Counted from the first letter of the stretch, positions 9,197 through 17,977 are shown. The stretch is DNA of 64,000 nt from Candidatus Omnitrophota bacterium (GCA_035292445.1 DATDQB010000001.1:7530-71529), one strand, 5' to 3'. Notes: a model not told the origin generated them from the sequence alone. Numbers and translations: made by a program.

Positions 9197-9960
9197 GACG
9201 ATACCTTTTTTTGCTTTGTTTTCAGCTTATCCAAAAGGATAGCGAAGGTCACTTTGACCATATAATAAAGTGTTTTCAGGTAACGAATGGAACTATTGCC
9301 CGAGGCCCGTTTACGCATCTTGACCGGAACTTCCTTGATCCGCGCGCGGTAGCGGCCGGCCACGACGATAGCTTCCGGCTCAGGGAAATCATGAGGATAA
9401 TAGTCGGCGAATACCTTGATGAGTTTCCGGTTAAAGGCGCGAAAACCTGAGGTCGGGTCGGTAACGGTGTATTGCGTCAAAAAACTGATCAATTGCGCGA
9501 AAAAATGGATGCCGACGCGCCGGATGAATGAAGAACGGTACCCCAGATAAGGAGGCAAGAACCGGCTGCCGATGGTCATGTCAACCTCGTCATTTAAGAC
9601 AGGATCGATGAGGGCTTTCAGGTAACTCACGTCATGCTGGCTGTCCCCGTCCACCTGGACCGCCACATCATATCCTTTTTCAAGGGCGAACTGAAAGCCC
9701 GTCTGGACCGCGCCGCCGATGCCCAGGTTAAAGGGAAGGTTAATGACAGATGCGTTCGTTTGCCTGGCCTGGGATACGGTTTGGTCCGTTGATCCGTCAT
9801 TAACCACAACGATGGATACGGCCAGAGCTTGTTGCACGATCTCTTCGATGGTTTTAACGATATTGGCTTGCTCATTATAGGCGGGAATGATAATAAGGAT
9901 CTTTTTTGTTTGCATCAGCGGTTCTGAAGTTTTTAACTTTTGTGCCGTGAACAAATTCAT
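9193..9960 (-). CDS. Glycosyltransferase family 2 (polyprenol-phosphate sugar synthase-like)
   Basis: IIIPAYNEQ, NLGIGGAVQTGF, QVDGDSQHD, TDPTSGFRA, PEPE. Confidence 0.9.
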   Translation of the reverse strand: MNLFTAQKLKTSEPLMQTKKILIIIPAYNEQANIVKTIEEIVQQALAVSIVVVNDGSTDQTVSQARQTNASVINLPFNLGIGGAVQTGFQFALEKGYDVAVQVDGDSQHDVSYLKALIDPVLNDEVDMTIGSRFLPPYLGYRSSFIRRVGIHFFAQLISFLTQYTVTDPTSGFRAFNRKLIKVFADYYPHDFPEPEAIVVAGRYRARIKEVPVKMRKRASGNSSIRYLKTLYYMVKVTFAILLDKLKTKQKKVSS

Positions 9961-11225
9961 TTTTTAGCCGCGTAAACCAAATAAACTGAAGCGTATTCGA
10001 TAAGGTCAATTGTTTTCTCTTCTTCCGTGAGCACCCTATCCGGCGTCACGCCCTGAAAACTGAAGACCTCCCCGTCCGGGTGATGGCCGCGGGCGGTCAC
10101 TAAAACCAGCATGGATTCATCGTCAAAATGGAACATGCTTTTTAAAAATACCTGCCCCGCCGTATTCTTCCCGATCAGAACGGCCCGCCCCTTGCGTTGC
10201 AAAATCCCGGAAAACAATTCGGCGGAACTGCCGCTGTTTTCATCAACCAGGATCACCAGCGGCCCGCTGTATTTATATTGGTCCGGGATGACCGGGACAT
10301 CCAAGGAGAATTTGGGCTGGTCCCTTTTTTGAAAGTAAGTGAACTCCTCGCCCCCGGGCAGAAAGAACGACGAGATCTCCCTGGCGGCCAAAGGCGGCCC
10401 GCCGGGATTGCCGCGCAGATCCAGGATCAAACCATTGATGGGCCCCTGTTGCTTCACAAAATTCAAATGGACCATGAGGTCTTCGGAGGTCTTGCGGTTG
10501 AACCGCGCGATCTTAAAGCAAAAAACGCCCGGCGCTTTGGTCGGCTCCAGGAATACGGTCTGCTTGAAATATTCTTTGCTGATAACTTCGATCTTCTTAA
10601 CCTTATTTTCATCCCTGTCCATGTAAGTCAATTTAACTTTCGAGTCGATCAATGGGTTGAGCAGTTCCTTTATTGCATCTTCCTTCATTTTGGTCGTTTT
10701 CTTCCCCCCGATGGTCAAAAGCACATCGCCGATCCTCAAACCCTTTTCATAAGCGTCCGAACGCGGCTCGACCTGTGTCGTTTGGTACCCTTGTGGCACG
10801 AGCGTCCCTTCGATGCCCAGATCGACACGCACCCCCAGCACGGTTTCCTCGTATTCTTTGGCCGGTTTGGGCGGATAAAAGGTCGAAAAGATATCATCGG
10901 GGTCTTTCAGTTTCTCGACCATGATATTGGCGCTTCGCCAGCGAATATAATCGATGGATTTGCCGGTCTCGTTGAGCTGGGAATAAATTTTGGTCTTGAA
11001 TTCTTCGAGAAAATGATCGAACGCCTCGCGGGGGACGCTTTGAAAATAATTCTCGCTCATGGTCTGATAGACTTTTTCGAAGAACTCGATATAACCTTGA
11101 TAGGCTTCTTCGTTGGCGTTGAGGGTCTGGGCTTTAAGGATCATAAGCGTCAGGAAAAAAAATTTGATAAGGGCCGGTTTCAATTTCTGTTTACGCGTCT
11201 GGCGCATTTCATTATACCTTAACAA
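9957..11225 (-). CDS. S41 family C-terminal processing peptidase with PDZ domain (variant catalytic residues)
   Basis: ILDLRGNPGG, SGSSAELFSG, PDZ (GLRIGDVLLTIGG), GVTPD; N-terminal signal. Confidence 0.85.
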   Translation of the reverse strand: MLRYNEMRQTRKQKLKPALIKFFFLTLMILKAQTLNANEEAYQGYIEFFEKVYQTMSENYFQSVPREAFDHFLEEFKTKIYSQLNETGKSIDYIRWRSANIMVEKLKDPDDIFSTFYPPKPAKEYEETVLGVRVDLGIEGTLVPQGYQTTQVEPRSDAYEKGLRIGDVLLTIGGKKTTKMKEDAIKELLNPLIDSKVKLTYMDRDENKVKKIEVISKEYFKQTVFLEPTKAPGVFCFKIARFNRKTSEDLMVHLNFVKQQGPINGLILDLRGNPGGPPLAAREISSFFLPGGEEFTYFQKRDQPKFSLDVPVIPDQYKYSGPLVILVDENSGSSAELFSGILQRKGRAVLIGKNTAGQVFLKSMFHFDDESMLVLVTARGHHPDGEVFSFQGVTPDRVLTEEEKTIDLIEYASVYLVYAAKK

Positions 11226-11931
11226 GGCTCTCTTTGGCGCTCAAAAACTCATTTAAATATTTTTCTTCGAGTGCGCTCATATTTTTTTTCTCTTGCGTGA
11301 CACCAAAGGATGCCTTCAAGGCATCTTTAAATTGGCGCGAAGATATGCCCGTATTGCTCACAAAATCCAAATGGCCTCTTTTCTGGCGGTATTCGGGGAT
11401 ATCTTCGGGCATTGTCAAATATTTTTCTATTAAAGGAAGGTCGAAATCGAGCAAGACCGTCCCGTGATGCATGATAAAATGCCTACCGCGTTTTTGTGCG
11501 TTGCCGGAAATTTTTTTCCGGTTGCGCTTTAAGGCGATATCCGAGACCGGAAAATAATCGGCCTCGACACCGGTGGATTTAAGCGCTTCCACGATGTGCC
11601 CCAAAATATATTGATAAGATTTCTTCAGGTCCCGGATATCTTTGCGGGATTCCTTGGATAAAATGAGCGTATAATTCAAACATCCTTTTCCCTGGAGCAC
11701 CGTGCCGCCCCCGGAGGCGCGGCGCAGGACCGGGATCCGGTCTTTGCCGACGGCTTCCCGCTGAACGTCCTCGTTTATCTTGCCGATGCGCCCCAGAACG
11801 ATAAAATAAACAGGCGATTCCCAAAAACGGATCGCCTCGCCTGCCTGATCGGTTTCGGCCAGATGATACAGGACTTCGTCAAATAAAATGTTCTTTTGCG
11901 GATCTTCGAAGGAAATATCCCTGGCCCACAT
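11212..11931 (-). CDS. Lipoate-protein ligase A family protein
   Basis: RRASGGGTV, KKISGNAQ, HHGTVL; follows the gcv genes. Confidence 0.88.
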   Translation of the reverse strand: MWARDISFEDPQKNILFDEVLYHLAETDQAGEAIRFWESPVYFIVLGRIGKINEDVQREAVGKDRIPVLRRASGGGTVLQGKGCLNYTLILSKESRKDIRDLKKSYQYILGHIVEALKSTGVEADYFPVSDIALKRNRKKISGNAQKRGRHFIMHHGTVLLDFDLPLIEKYLTMPEDIPEYRQKRGHLDFVSNTGISSRQFKDALKASFGVTQEKKNMSALEEKYLNEFLSAKESLVKV

Positions 11932-11939
11932 CGTATGGT

Positions 11940-13397
11940 CTATGCCGCCTGAGAAAAATAGTTGGTATTGATATCTCTGGCGGCTTTAACTTCGTCAGGA
12001 CGCGTGATAAGGGTTGTTTTAGGCAGATCGCGGAAGTGCTCGGGATTTTGCTGGCTCAGACGATCGGCCTCGAACATGGCCTCAATAAATTCGTCGATGG
12101 TGGCCTTGGCTTCCGTTTCCGTTGGCTCGATCATGATAGATTCATGGACCGTCAGCGGAAAATAGACCGTTGGCGGGTGCATCCCTTTATCGATCAAAAA
12201 TTTGGCGATATCCATGGCATGGACACCGCGCTCGGCCTGATTGTCAGCCGAAAAAACACACTCGTGCATGCACAAACGATCAAAGGGCAGCTTATACGCC
12301 TTTTTCAGGCGTTCTTTCACGTAATTGGCGTTCAAAACAGCGTGGTTGCTGACCTCTTTAAGGCCTTCCTTCCCTAATAATAATATATAGGCGTACGCCC
12401 GAAGCAAAAGCGCAAAATTGCCGTAAAAGGAAGCGATGTAGCCGATGGAATCAGGATAATCATAATTCAAATAATAAGTGCCGTCCTTGCGAAGGCAAAC
12501 GCGGGAGATCGGCAAATACGGGATCAGCTTTTTATTGACGCCTACCGGCCCCGCTCCGGGGCCGCCGCCCCCGTGAGGGGTGGTGAACGTTTTGTGCGTA
12601 TTGATATGCATGACATCAAAGCCAATGTCACCGGGCCGGCAACGGCCAAGGATCGCGTTCAAATTCGCCCCATCATAATACATGATCCCATCCACGTCAT
12701 GGACCATCTTGGCGATCTTATCGATATCGGAGTTAAAAATGCCGTGCGTGTTGGGGCAGGTCAGCATCATGCCCGCGACTTCATCATTGAGCTTGGACTG
12801 AAGGACTTTGAGGTCCATGACGCCGTTCTTATCGGAAGGGATCGAAACAGATTCATACCCGGCGATGGCCGCGGTCGCCGGATTGGTCCCGTGTGCCGAA
12901 TCAGGGACAATAATGGTTTTTTTCTTATTCCCCTTGGCCCGATGGTACGCCGCCATCATCATGACCCCGGTCAACTCCCCGTGCGCGCCGGCCAACGGCT
13001 GCATGGTAAAAGCGTCCATGCCGGTCATTTCGCAAAAAAGTTTTTCCATCTCAAAAAGGACCTGAAGGGCGCCCTGAGCCAGCTTCTCCCCCTGTTTTAA
13101 TTGGGGCAACAAAGGATGCAAATGCGCGAAACCCGGGGTCTGCGCCACGGCTTCGCAAAATTTGGGATTATATTTCATGGTGCAGGAACCTAATGGGTAA
13201 AAATTGGTATCGATGGAAAAATTCTGCTGGGACAACTGCGTGTAATGACGGACCACGTCCAACTCCGTCATCTCCGGAAACTGGCAGGCGGTCTTTCTTT
13301 TGTAAACCTCGGGTATAGCTGTCTTGACTTCCACATCCGATCTTGGAGGAATGTAACCGTGACGGCCCGGAACGCTTTTCTCAAATATAAGTTTCAT
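11940..13397 (-). CDS. gcvPB: Glycine dehydrogenase (decarboxylating) subunit 2
   Basis: FYPLGSCTMKYNP, AGAHGELTG, HINTHKTFTTPHGGGGPG; start reassigned to MKLIFEKS. Confidence 0.95.
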   Translation of the reverse strand: MKLIFEKSVPGRHGYIPPRSDVEVKTAIPEVYKRKTACQFPEMTELDVVRHYTQLSQQNFSIDTNFYPLGSCTMKYNPKFCEAVAQTPGFAHLHPLLPQLKQGEKLAQGALQVLFEMEKLFCEMTGMDAFTMQPLAGAHGELTGVMMMAAYHRAKGNKKKTIIVPDSAHGTNPATAAIAGYESVSIPSDKNGVMDLKVLQSKLNDEVAGMMLTCPNTHGIFNSDIDKIAKMVHDVDGIMYYDGANLNAILGRCRPGDIGFDVMHINTHKTFTTPHGGGGPGAGPVGVNKKLIPYLPISRVCLRKDGTYYLNYDYPDSIGYIASFYGNFALLLRAYAYILLLGKEGLKEVSNHAVLNANYVKERLKKAYKLPFDRLCMHECVFSADNQAERGVHAMDIAKFLIDKGMHPPTVYFPLTVHESIMIEPTETEAKATIDEFIEAMFEADRLSQQNPEHFRDLPKTTLITRPDEVKAARDINTNYFSQAA

Positions 13398-14755
13398 GTA
13401 CGGACCTCCACGCGGCATTCCTGCAACGCCTGCTCTAAACACTTAACGTAGCGTAAAATTTCATCTTTGGTCCGCTTTTCGGTGACGGCCACGACCATAT
13501 AATTCTCCATCCCCGGATAATAGCGCCCCAGCGGGAAACCGGCGGCGAAACCTTTATGGATCATTTTTTCGACCACAATGGAAGCATCCACCGGCAAACA
13601 AACCGTGAATTCGTTAAAGGTCGGGGAACTGCGCTTGAGTTGGACGTCTTTTATCTTTTCGATCTGTTGGCGGGCGAACTCGGCTTTCTCAAAATTTGTT
13701 TGCGCCAATTGCCTTAACCCCTCTTTGCCCAACGCCGTCATGAAAATGGCGGCCTGAAGCGCGCATAAGGAAACGTTGGTGCAGATGTTGGACATGGCTT
13801 TTTCACGGCGGATGTGCTGCTCCCGGGCCTGTAGGGTGTTGACAAAACACCTTTTGCCGTGCATATCAAGTGTTTGCCCGACAATGCGCCCGGGCATCTT
13901 GCGGATGAATTTTTTGCGCGTGGCCATGAACCCCAGGTACGGCCCGCCGAAATTAAGCGGCAACCCTAAGCTCTGACCTTCGCCGGTCACGATGTCCACG
14001 CCCATCTCGCCCGGCGTTTTCAGCAACCCCAACGATATCGGATAAACGCTCTCGATAACAAGCGCGCCTTTTTCATGCGCTTTATTGACAATGTCGGTAT
14101 GGTCATCAATGACGCCGAAAAAATTCGGATTTTGTAAAATAACGGCTGAGGTCTTATCATCCAGTAATTTTAAGATCTGCTTACGGTCAGCCTGGCCGTG
14201 CACGAGCGGCGTTTCCTGGAATTCATAATGAAGGTTGCTGGTGTAGGTCCGCAGGATCTTACGGTAGATCGGGCTTACCCCGCCGTCGATGATGATCTTG
14301 TGCCGGCCCGTCAGGCGAAACGACATCATCGCCGCTTCATACAAGGCGGTGCCGCCGTCATACAAAGAGGCGTTCGCCACTTCCATGTCCGTGAGCGTGC
14401 AGATCAGGCTTTGGAATTCGTACAACGCCTGCAGCGTCCCTTGCGAGCACTCCGGCTGGTACGGCGTATACGCGGTATAGAATTCCCCGCGGGAAATAAG
14501 CGCCCCCACGACCGCCGGGACATAGTGGTCATAGTATCCGCCGCCGATAAATTGGACCAGATCAAAAGTATTCTTGGCAGCCAGCTTCTTGATATGCTCG
14601 AAGACCTCGAACTCACAACGGCCTTCCGGAAGGTTGAACGAATGCGGCGCATGCTGCGGCTTGATATCGACGAAAAGATCGTCGACCGAAGGCACGCCGA
14701 TCGCCTTAAGCATGTCCTGGACATCCTTTTGTGTATTGGCAATATAGGGAATCAA
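13394..14755 (-). CDS. gcvPA: Glycine dehydrogenase (decarboxylating) subunit 1
   Basis: EFYTAYTPYQPE, NASLYDGGTA, GGPYLG, REQHIRREKA. Confidence 0.95.
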   Translation of the reverse strand: MIPYIANTQKDVQDMLKAIGVPSVDDLFVDIKPQHAPHSFNLPEGRCEFEVFEHIKKLAAKNTFDLVQFIGGGYYDHYVPAVVGALISRGEFYTAYTPYQPECSQGTLQALYEFQSLICTLTDMEVANASLYDGGTALYEAAMMSFRLTGRHKIIIDGGVSPIYRKILRTYTSNLHYEFQETPLVHGQADRKQILKLLDDKTSAVILQNPNFFGVIDDHTDIVNKAHEKGALVIESVYPISLGLLKTPGEMGVDIVTGEGQSLGLPLNFGGPYLGFMATRKKFIRKMPGRIVGQTLDMHGKRCFVNTLQAREQHIRREKAMSNICTNVSLCALQAAIFMTALGKEGLRQLAQTNFEKAEFARQQIEKIKDVQLKRSSPTFNEFTVCLPVDASIVVEKMIHKGFAAGFPLGRYYPGMENYMVVAVTEKRTKDEILRYVKCLEQALQECRVEVRT

Positions 14756-14811
14756 GTGTGTTTCCTTACGTTGAAGGGCAGATCGATACGGTGAGCGACT
14801 GATTCCAATGG

Positions 14812-15204
14812 CTAACCGGAGCTGACAAGAAACTCCCGATATTCTTCAGCCGTCATCAGATTGTTTTTCTCATCAGGGTCAGAAATTTTAACGCGGGCGA
14901 TCCACCCCTTTTCGTAGGGGGATTTATTGATCAAACCCGGCTCGGATTCCAGTTCTTTATTGACTTCAATGACCTCTCCCGACATCGGAGAAAAAATATC
15001 GTTGGCGGCTTTGACCGACTCAATGGAAGCCACCTGTTCAAACTGCTCGAGCTCATCCCCGAGCTCAGGAAGCTCCACATAGGTAATATCGCCCAACTGC
15101 TCCTGGGCGTAATCGCTAATACCTATGGTAACGGTTTTATCATCGTCAATACTGACCCATTCGTGTTCCTTGGTGTACAGTAAGTGCTCCTCAACGTCTG
15201 CCAT
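14812..15204 (-). CDS. gcvH: Glycine cleavage system H protein
   Basis: YTKEHEWV, IGISDYAQEQLGDI, lipoyl site IESVKA. Confidence 0.96.
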   Translation of the reverse strand: MADVEEHLLYTKEHEWVSIDDDKTVTIGISDYAQEQLGDITYVELPELGDELEQFEQVASIESVKAANDIFSPMSGEVIEVNKELESEPGLINKSPYEKGWIARVKISDPDEKNNLMTAEEYREFLVSSG

Positions 15205-15219
15205 GTCGCTTTGTCTCCT

Positions 15220-16320
15220 TTAATTCTTTAATGAACCACTTTTGTAGAATATTTTACTTGTTATCATAGCGGAATTTTTATTTTTTTCATCACCAAAAAA
15301 TATTTTTTTATCCTGCGCCTCAAAGCCGCATTTTACGAACCCGAGCCCGATGCCCCTGGTGACACTCGGCGAGAAGGTACCGCTGGTGACATAACCGATC
15401 TCTTCGTCGTTTTCGGAAAATATTTTATTGGATTGCCTGGGGCTGCGACGGTTATCGGAAATCACCCCGACAATCTTTCTTTTGAGGCCTTTTTCCTTTA
15501 ACTTTAAAAGAGCATCTTTGCCGATAAAATCTTTGTTGAAATCCACGAACCGCGCCAAACCGGCTTCCAAAGGATTGATCGTTTCATCCAATTCATGGCC
15601 GTAGAGGCTGTAGCCGACCTCCAGGCGCAGCACATCGCGCGCTCCGAGCCCAGCCGGTTTTACTTTATCATTCTTTAGAAATTCCTTCCATAATTTTTCT
15701 GTTTTATCCCAGGGATAAAAAATCTCGTATCCCAATTCCCCCGTGTAGCCGGTGCGGCTGATGAGCACATTCTCCCCCAACAGATCAAAGAAATCAAACT
15801 GAAAATACGCCAAACGCGTCACTTGAGGGGCCAATGCCTTTAAAATATCACGAGATAAAGGCCCTTGAATGTCGATCTTTCCTAAGTCAAAAGTAACGTC
15901 TTTAAAGGTCGATTGTTTGGTCAGATTTTTCCGGATATGCGCGGCGTCTTTTTCTGTCGTGGCGCCGTTGACCACGATGAACCATTTTTCTGTCTCGAGA
16001 CGAAAAACAATGCAATCATCGATGGTGCCCCCCGCTTCATTGAGCATGGTGCCGTAGCGTGAAGTTCTGACCGGCATATCACTTAAGGGCATCGTCACGA
16101 TACGCTCCAGGCCGGAAATCTTCGCATCGCCCTCGACAATGAACTCGCCCATGTGAGAGATATCAAAAATGGCGCATCTTTTCCTGGTCTGTTCATACTC
16201 GGCAAGGATCCCCTCGTACTGGAGCGGCATTTCCCATCCACCGAAGGGGACCATCTTGGCGTTCAAGGCCAGATGCGCTTCATAAAGCGGCGTGCGTTTG
16301 AGAGAAGTTTGAGTGTCCAT
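15220..16320 (-). CDS. gcvT: Glycine cleavage system aminomethyltransferase T
   Basis: FGGWEMPLQY, FDISHMGE, SRTGYTGELGYE, GLGARDVLRLE. Confidence 0.95.
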   Translation of the reverse strand: MDTQTSLKRTPLYEAHLALNAKMVPFGGWEMPLQYEGILAEYEQTRKRCAIFDISHMGEFIVEGDAKISGLERIVTMPLSDMPVRTSRYGTMLNEAGGTIDDCIVFRLETEKWFIVVNGATTEKDAAHIRKNLTKQSTFKDVTFDLGKIDIQGPLSRDILKALAPQVTRLAYFQFDFFDLLGENVLISRTGYTGELGYEIFYPWDKTEKLWKEFLKNDKVKPAGLGARDVLRLEVGYSLYGHELDETINPLEAGLARFVDFNKDFIGKDALLKLKEKGLKRKIVGVISDNRRSPRQSNKIFSENDEEIGYVTSGTFSPSVTRGIGLGFVKCGFEAQDKKIFFGDEKNKNSAMITSKIFYKSGSLKN

Positions 16321-17096
16321 TAAAGGGAAGCTCCCACCCACCAAAAGACCAGGGCAACAATGATTCGGTAGATCCCAAAAGGGATAAAATTATGGTTTTT
16401 AATGAAATGAAGCAGGAATTTAATGCTCAATAACGCGACCGCGAATGATGTGACAAAGCCTACCGTTAAAAGGCCGAACTCATCCCGGCTAAATTGACCT
16501 GCGCTATGGGTCAAGTCCAAAGCCGTGGCCCCCGCCATGGTAGGGACCGCCAACAGAAAAGAAAACTCGACGATCGTTGTCCTGTTGACCCCCAAGATCA
16601 GTCCGCCGATGATCGTTGCCGCGGCCCGTGATACCCCGGGGACGATGGAAAGGGCTTGAAAGATCCCGATTAAAGCCGCTTGTTTATAAGACATCTGCCC
16701 GATCGCCTCCACTGCAACCTTCTTTCCCTTATACCACCTTTCAAAAACAATCAAAAATATCCCGCCCAGCATCAACGCCCATGTGACCAGCTGGTGATCA
16801 TCCAAAAGCGATTCTTTGATAAACCTATAAAAAATGAGCCCGGCCACCGCCGTCGGCAGAAAGGCGATAAAAATGCGCTTTAAGGCTTCCCCATCGCGGG
16901 CCAAAACCCCGCGGTATAAAAAGATCACGGATAAAATGGCGCCCAATTGAATGGCCACCTCAAAACTTTTTAGGAACTCATCCTGCGGCAACTGCAAAAG
17001 CTTCGATGTCAGGATCAAATGCCCCGTTGAGGAAACGGGCAAGAATTCCGTGATCCCTTCGACAACACCCAACACAAAAGCTGAAAATAAGTCCAT
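16320..17096 (-). CDS. uppP: Undecaprenyl-diphosphate phosphatase
   Basis: GVVEGITEFLPVSSTGHL, PGVSRAAATI. Confidence 0.95.
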   Translation of the reverse strand: MDLFSAFVLGVVEGITEFLPVSSTGHLILTSKLLQLPQDEFLKSFEVAIQLGAILSVIFLYRGVLARDGEALKRIFIAFLPTAVAGLIFYRFIKESLLDDHQLVTWALMLGGIFLIVFERWYKGKKVAVEAIGQMSYKQAALIGIFQALSIVPGVSRAAATIIGGLILGVNRTTIVEFSFLLAVPTMAGATALDLTHSAGQFSRDEFGLLTVGFVTSFAVALLSIKFLLHFIKNHNFIPFGIYRIIVALVFWWVGASL

Positions 17097-17133
17097 ATTG
17101 TTCTTCTTTTCCAGAATGCTTTTGAAGGATTAT

Positions 17134-17382
17134 CTAAATAAGTCGCTTTCGTAAGAAAGCTCTCCCGGCATGGCTTTTAAGATAGACTTCAAATTTTTGA
17201 GCTGGTTCTTTATCGTTAAAAACAACATGCGTTTCTAATTCCCACGGTGCATATTGCCGAGTATAAGCACTGACTTTAGGGTCTTGATGGTCTTCCATTC
17301 TTCTTTCGAGATCAGTTGTATAACCAATGTAAATCCTGTCGGGATGGCTTTTACTTTTTAGAATGTATACATAATATTTCAT
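17134..17382 (-). CDS. Small stand-alone GIY-YIG nuclease (copy A, downstream of tRNA-Arg)
   Basis: YYVYIL...IYIGYTTDLERRMEDH...FEVYLKSHAGRAFL; 82 aa. Confidence 0.9.
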   Translation of the reverse strand: MKYYVYILKSKSHPDRIYIGYTTDLERRMEDHQDPKVSAYTRQYAPWELETHVVFNDKEPAQKFEVYLKSHAGRAFLRKRLI

Positions 17383-17399
17383 TAATTCAATTAACCTGG

Positions 17400-17563
17400 T
17401 CAGGCTCCGCCGAAATTGCTTTCGCGTTCGGCTACGCCTGACAACAGGCTTCGTTCCCCAAAACCATAAAAGAACTACACCACACTACACTGAAGGCGAA
17501 GCCAGGCGTAGTTCCCAAACGAAAGTTTTGCCTGCCTGTCGGCAGACAGGGAACGAAGCCTGG
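17400..17563. repeat. Cluster of REP-like imperfect palindromes CAGGC-GTAG...C-G(A/G)A-GCCTG
   Basis: Units at 17400-17441 (-), ~17445-17483 (-, degenerate) and 17502-17563 (+); a 20-bp palindrome CCTGCCTGTCGGCAGACAGG is nested at 17531-17550. Confidence 0.7.
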
Positions 17564-17637
17564 CGCGCCCAGAGGGACTTGAACCCCCAACCCTCTGGTC
17601 CGAAGCCAGATGCTCTATCCAATTGAGCTATGGGCGC
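17561..17637 (-). tRNA. tRNA-Arg(UCG), CCA encoded
   Basis: Cloverleaf GCGCCCA TA GCTC AATTGGATA GAGC A TCTGG CT-TCG-GA CCAGA GGGTT GGGGG TTCAAGT CCCTC TGGGCGC G CCA. Confidence 0.95.
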
Positions 17638-17884
17638 ATAAATTATTCAATATTCTATTTAGGACGCTTCGACCATTTCCTGTCTTTAAAAACTTTTCTC
17701 TTCTTTTCGCTTTCGTCTCAGAATCAAATTGTTCCTCATAAATCAACTCATAAGGTCGATGGCCTTTTGTATATTTATTGGATCCGTCATTATGCTCCCT
17801 GAGTCTGTTCAAAGGCAGTTTCGACGTATAACCAACATATTTTTTACCATTCTTCAAACTTTTTAAAATATATACATAAAACAT
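17615..17884 (-). CDS. Small stand-alone GIY-YIG nuclease (copy B); its 3' end overlaps the tRNA 5' end
   Basis: Real start MFYVYILKSLKNGKKYVGYT...RLREHN...REKFLKTGNGR; stop TAG lies in the tRNA D-arm. Confidence 0.88.
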   Translation of the reverse strand: MFYVYILKSLKNGKKYVGYTSKLPLNRLREHNDGSNKYTKGHRPYELIYEEQFDSETKAKRREKFLKTGNGRSVLNRILNNLCAHSSIG

Positions 17885-17977
17885 AATAATTGTTGTGTCC
17901 GCCAAAAAACATGGCGGACTCCCGCCAAAAATGTCAGTTGAACCCGCCAAGCTTTTTGGCGGGGAGCTATGGGCGCA
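17625..17977 (-). mobile_element. Putative GIY-YIG mini-element inserted at the tRNA-Arg 5' end
   Basis: 14-bp direct repeat TGCGCCCATAGCTC (minus strand) at 17625-17638 and 17964-17977 bracketing the GIY-YIG gene and CCGCCA/TGGCGG palindromes. Confidence 0.55.
17897..17966. repeat. GC-rich CCGCCA..TGGCGG palindromes
   Basis: GTCCGCCA-N7-TGGCGGAC (17897-17919); CCCGCCAA-N5-TTGGCGGG (17943-17963); a third CCCGCCAAAAA arm at 17921. Confidence 0.75.

Noticed and set aside
10197-11222. Long plus-strand ORFs (341 aa here; also 6225..7103, 4613..5449, 14198..14794)
   Set aside because: Antisense shadows of well-supported minus-strand genes, with no motifs or RBS
11940-14755. Split gcvP as a pseudogene or frameshift
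   Set aside because: Two-subunit GcvPA/GcvPB is a normal, widespread arrangement
16300-16345. Glycine riboswitch upstream of gcvT
   Set aside because: gcvT overlaps the uppP stop codon, leaving no intergenic space
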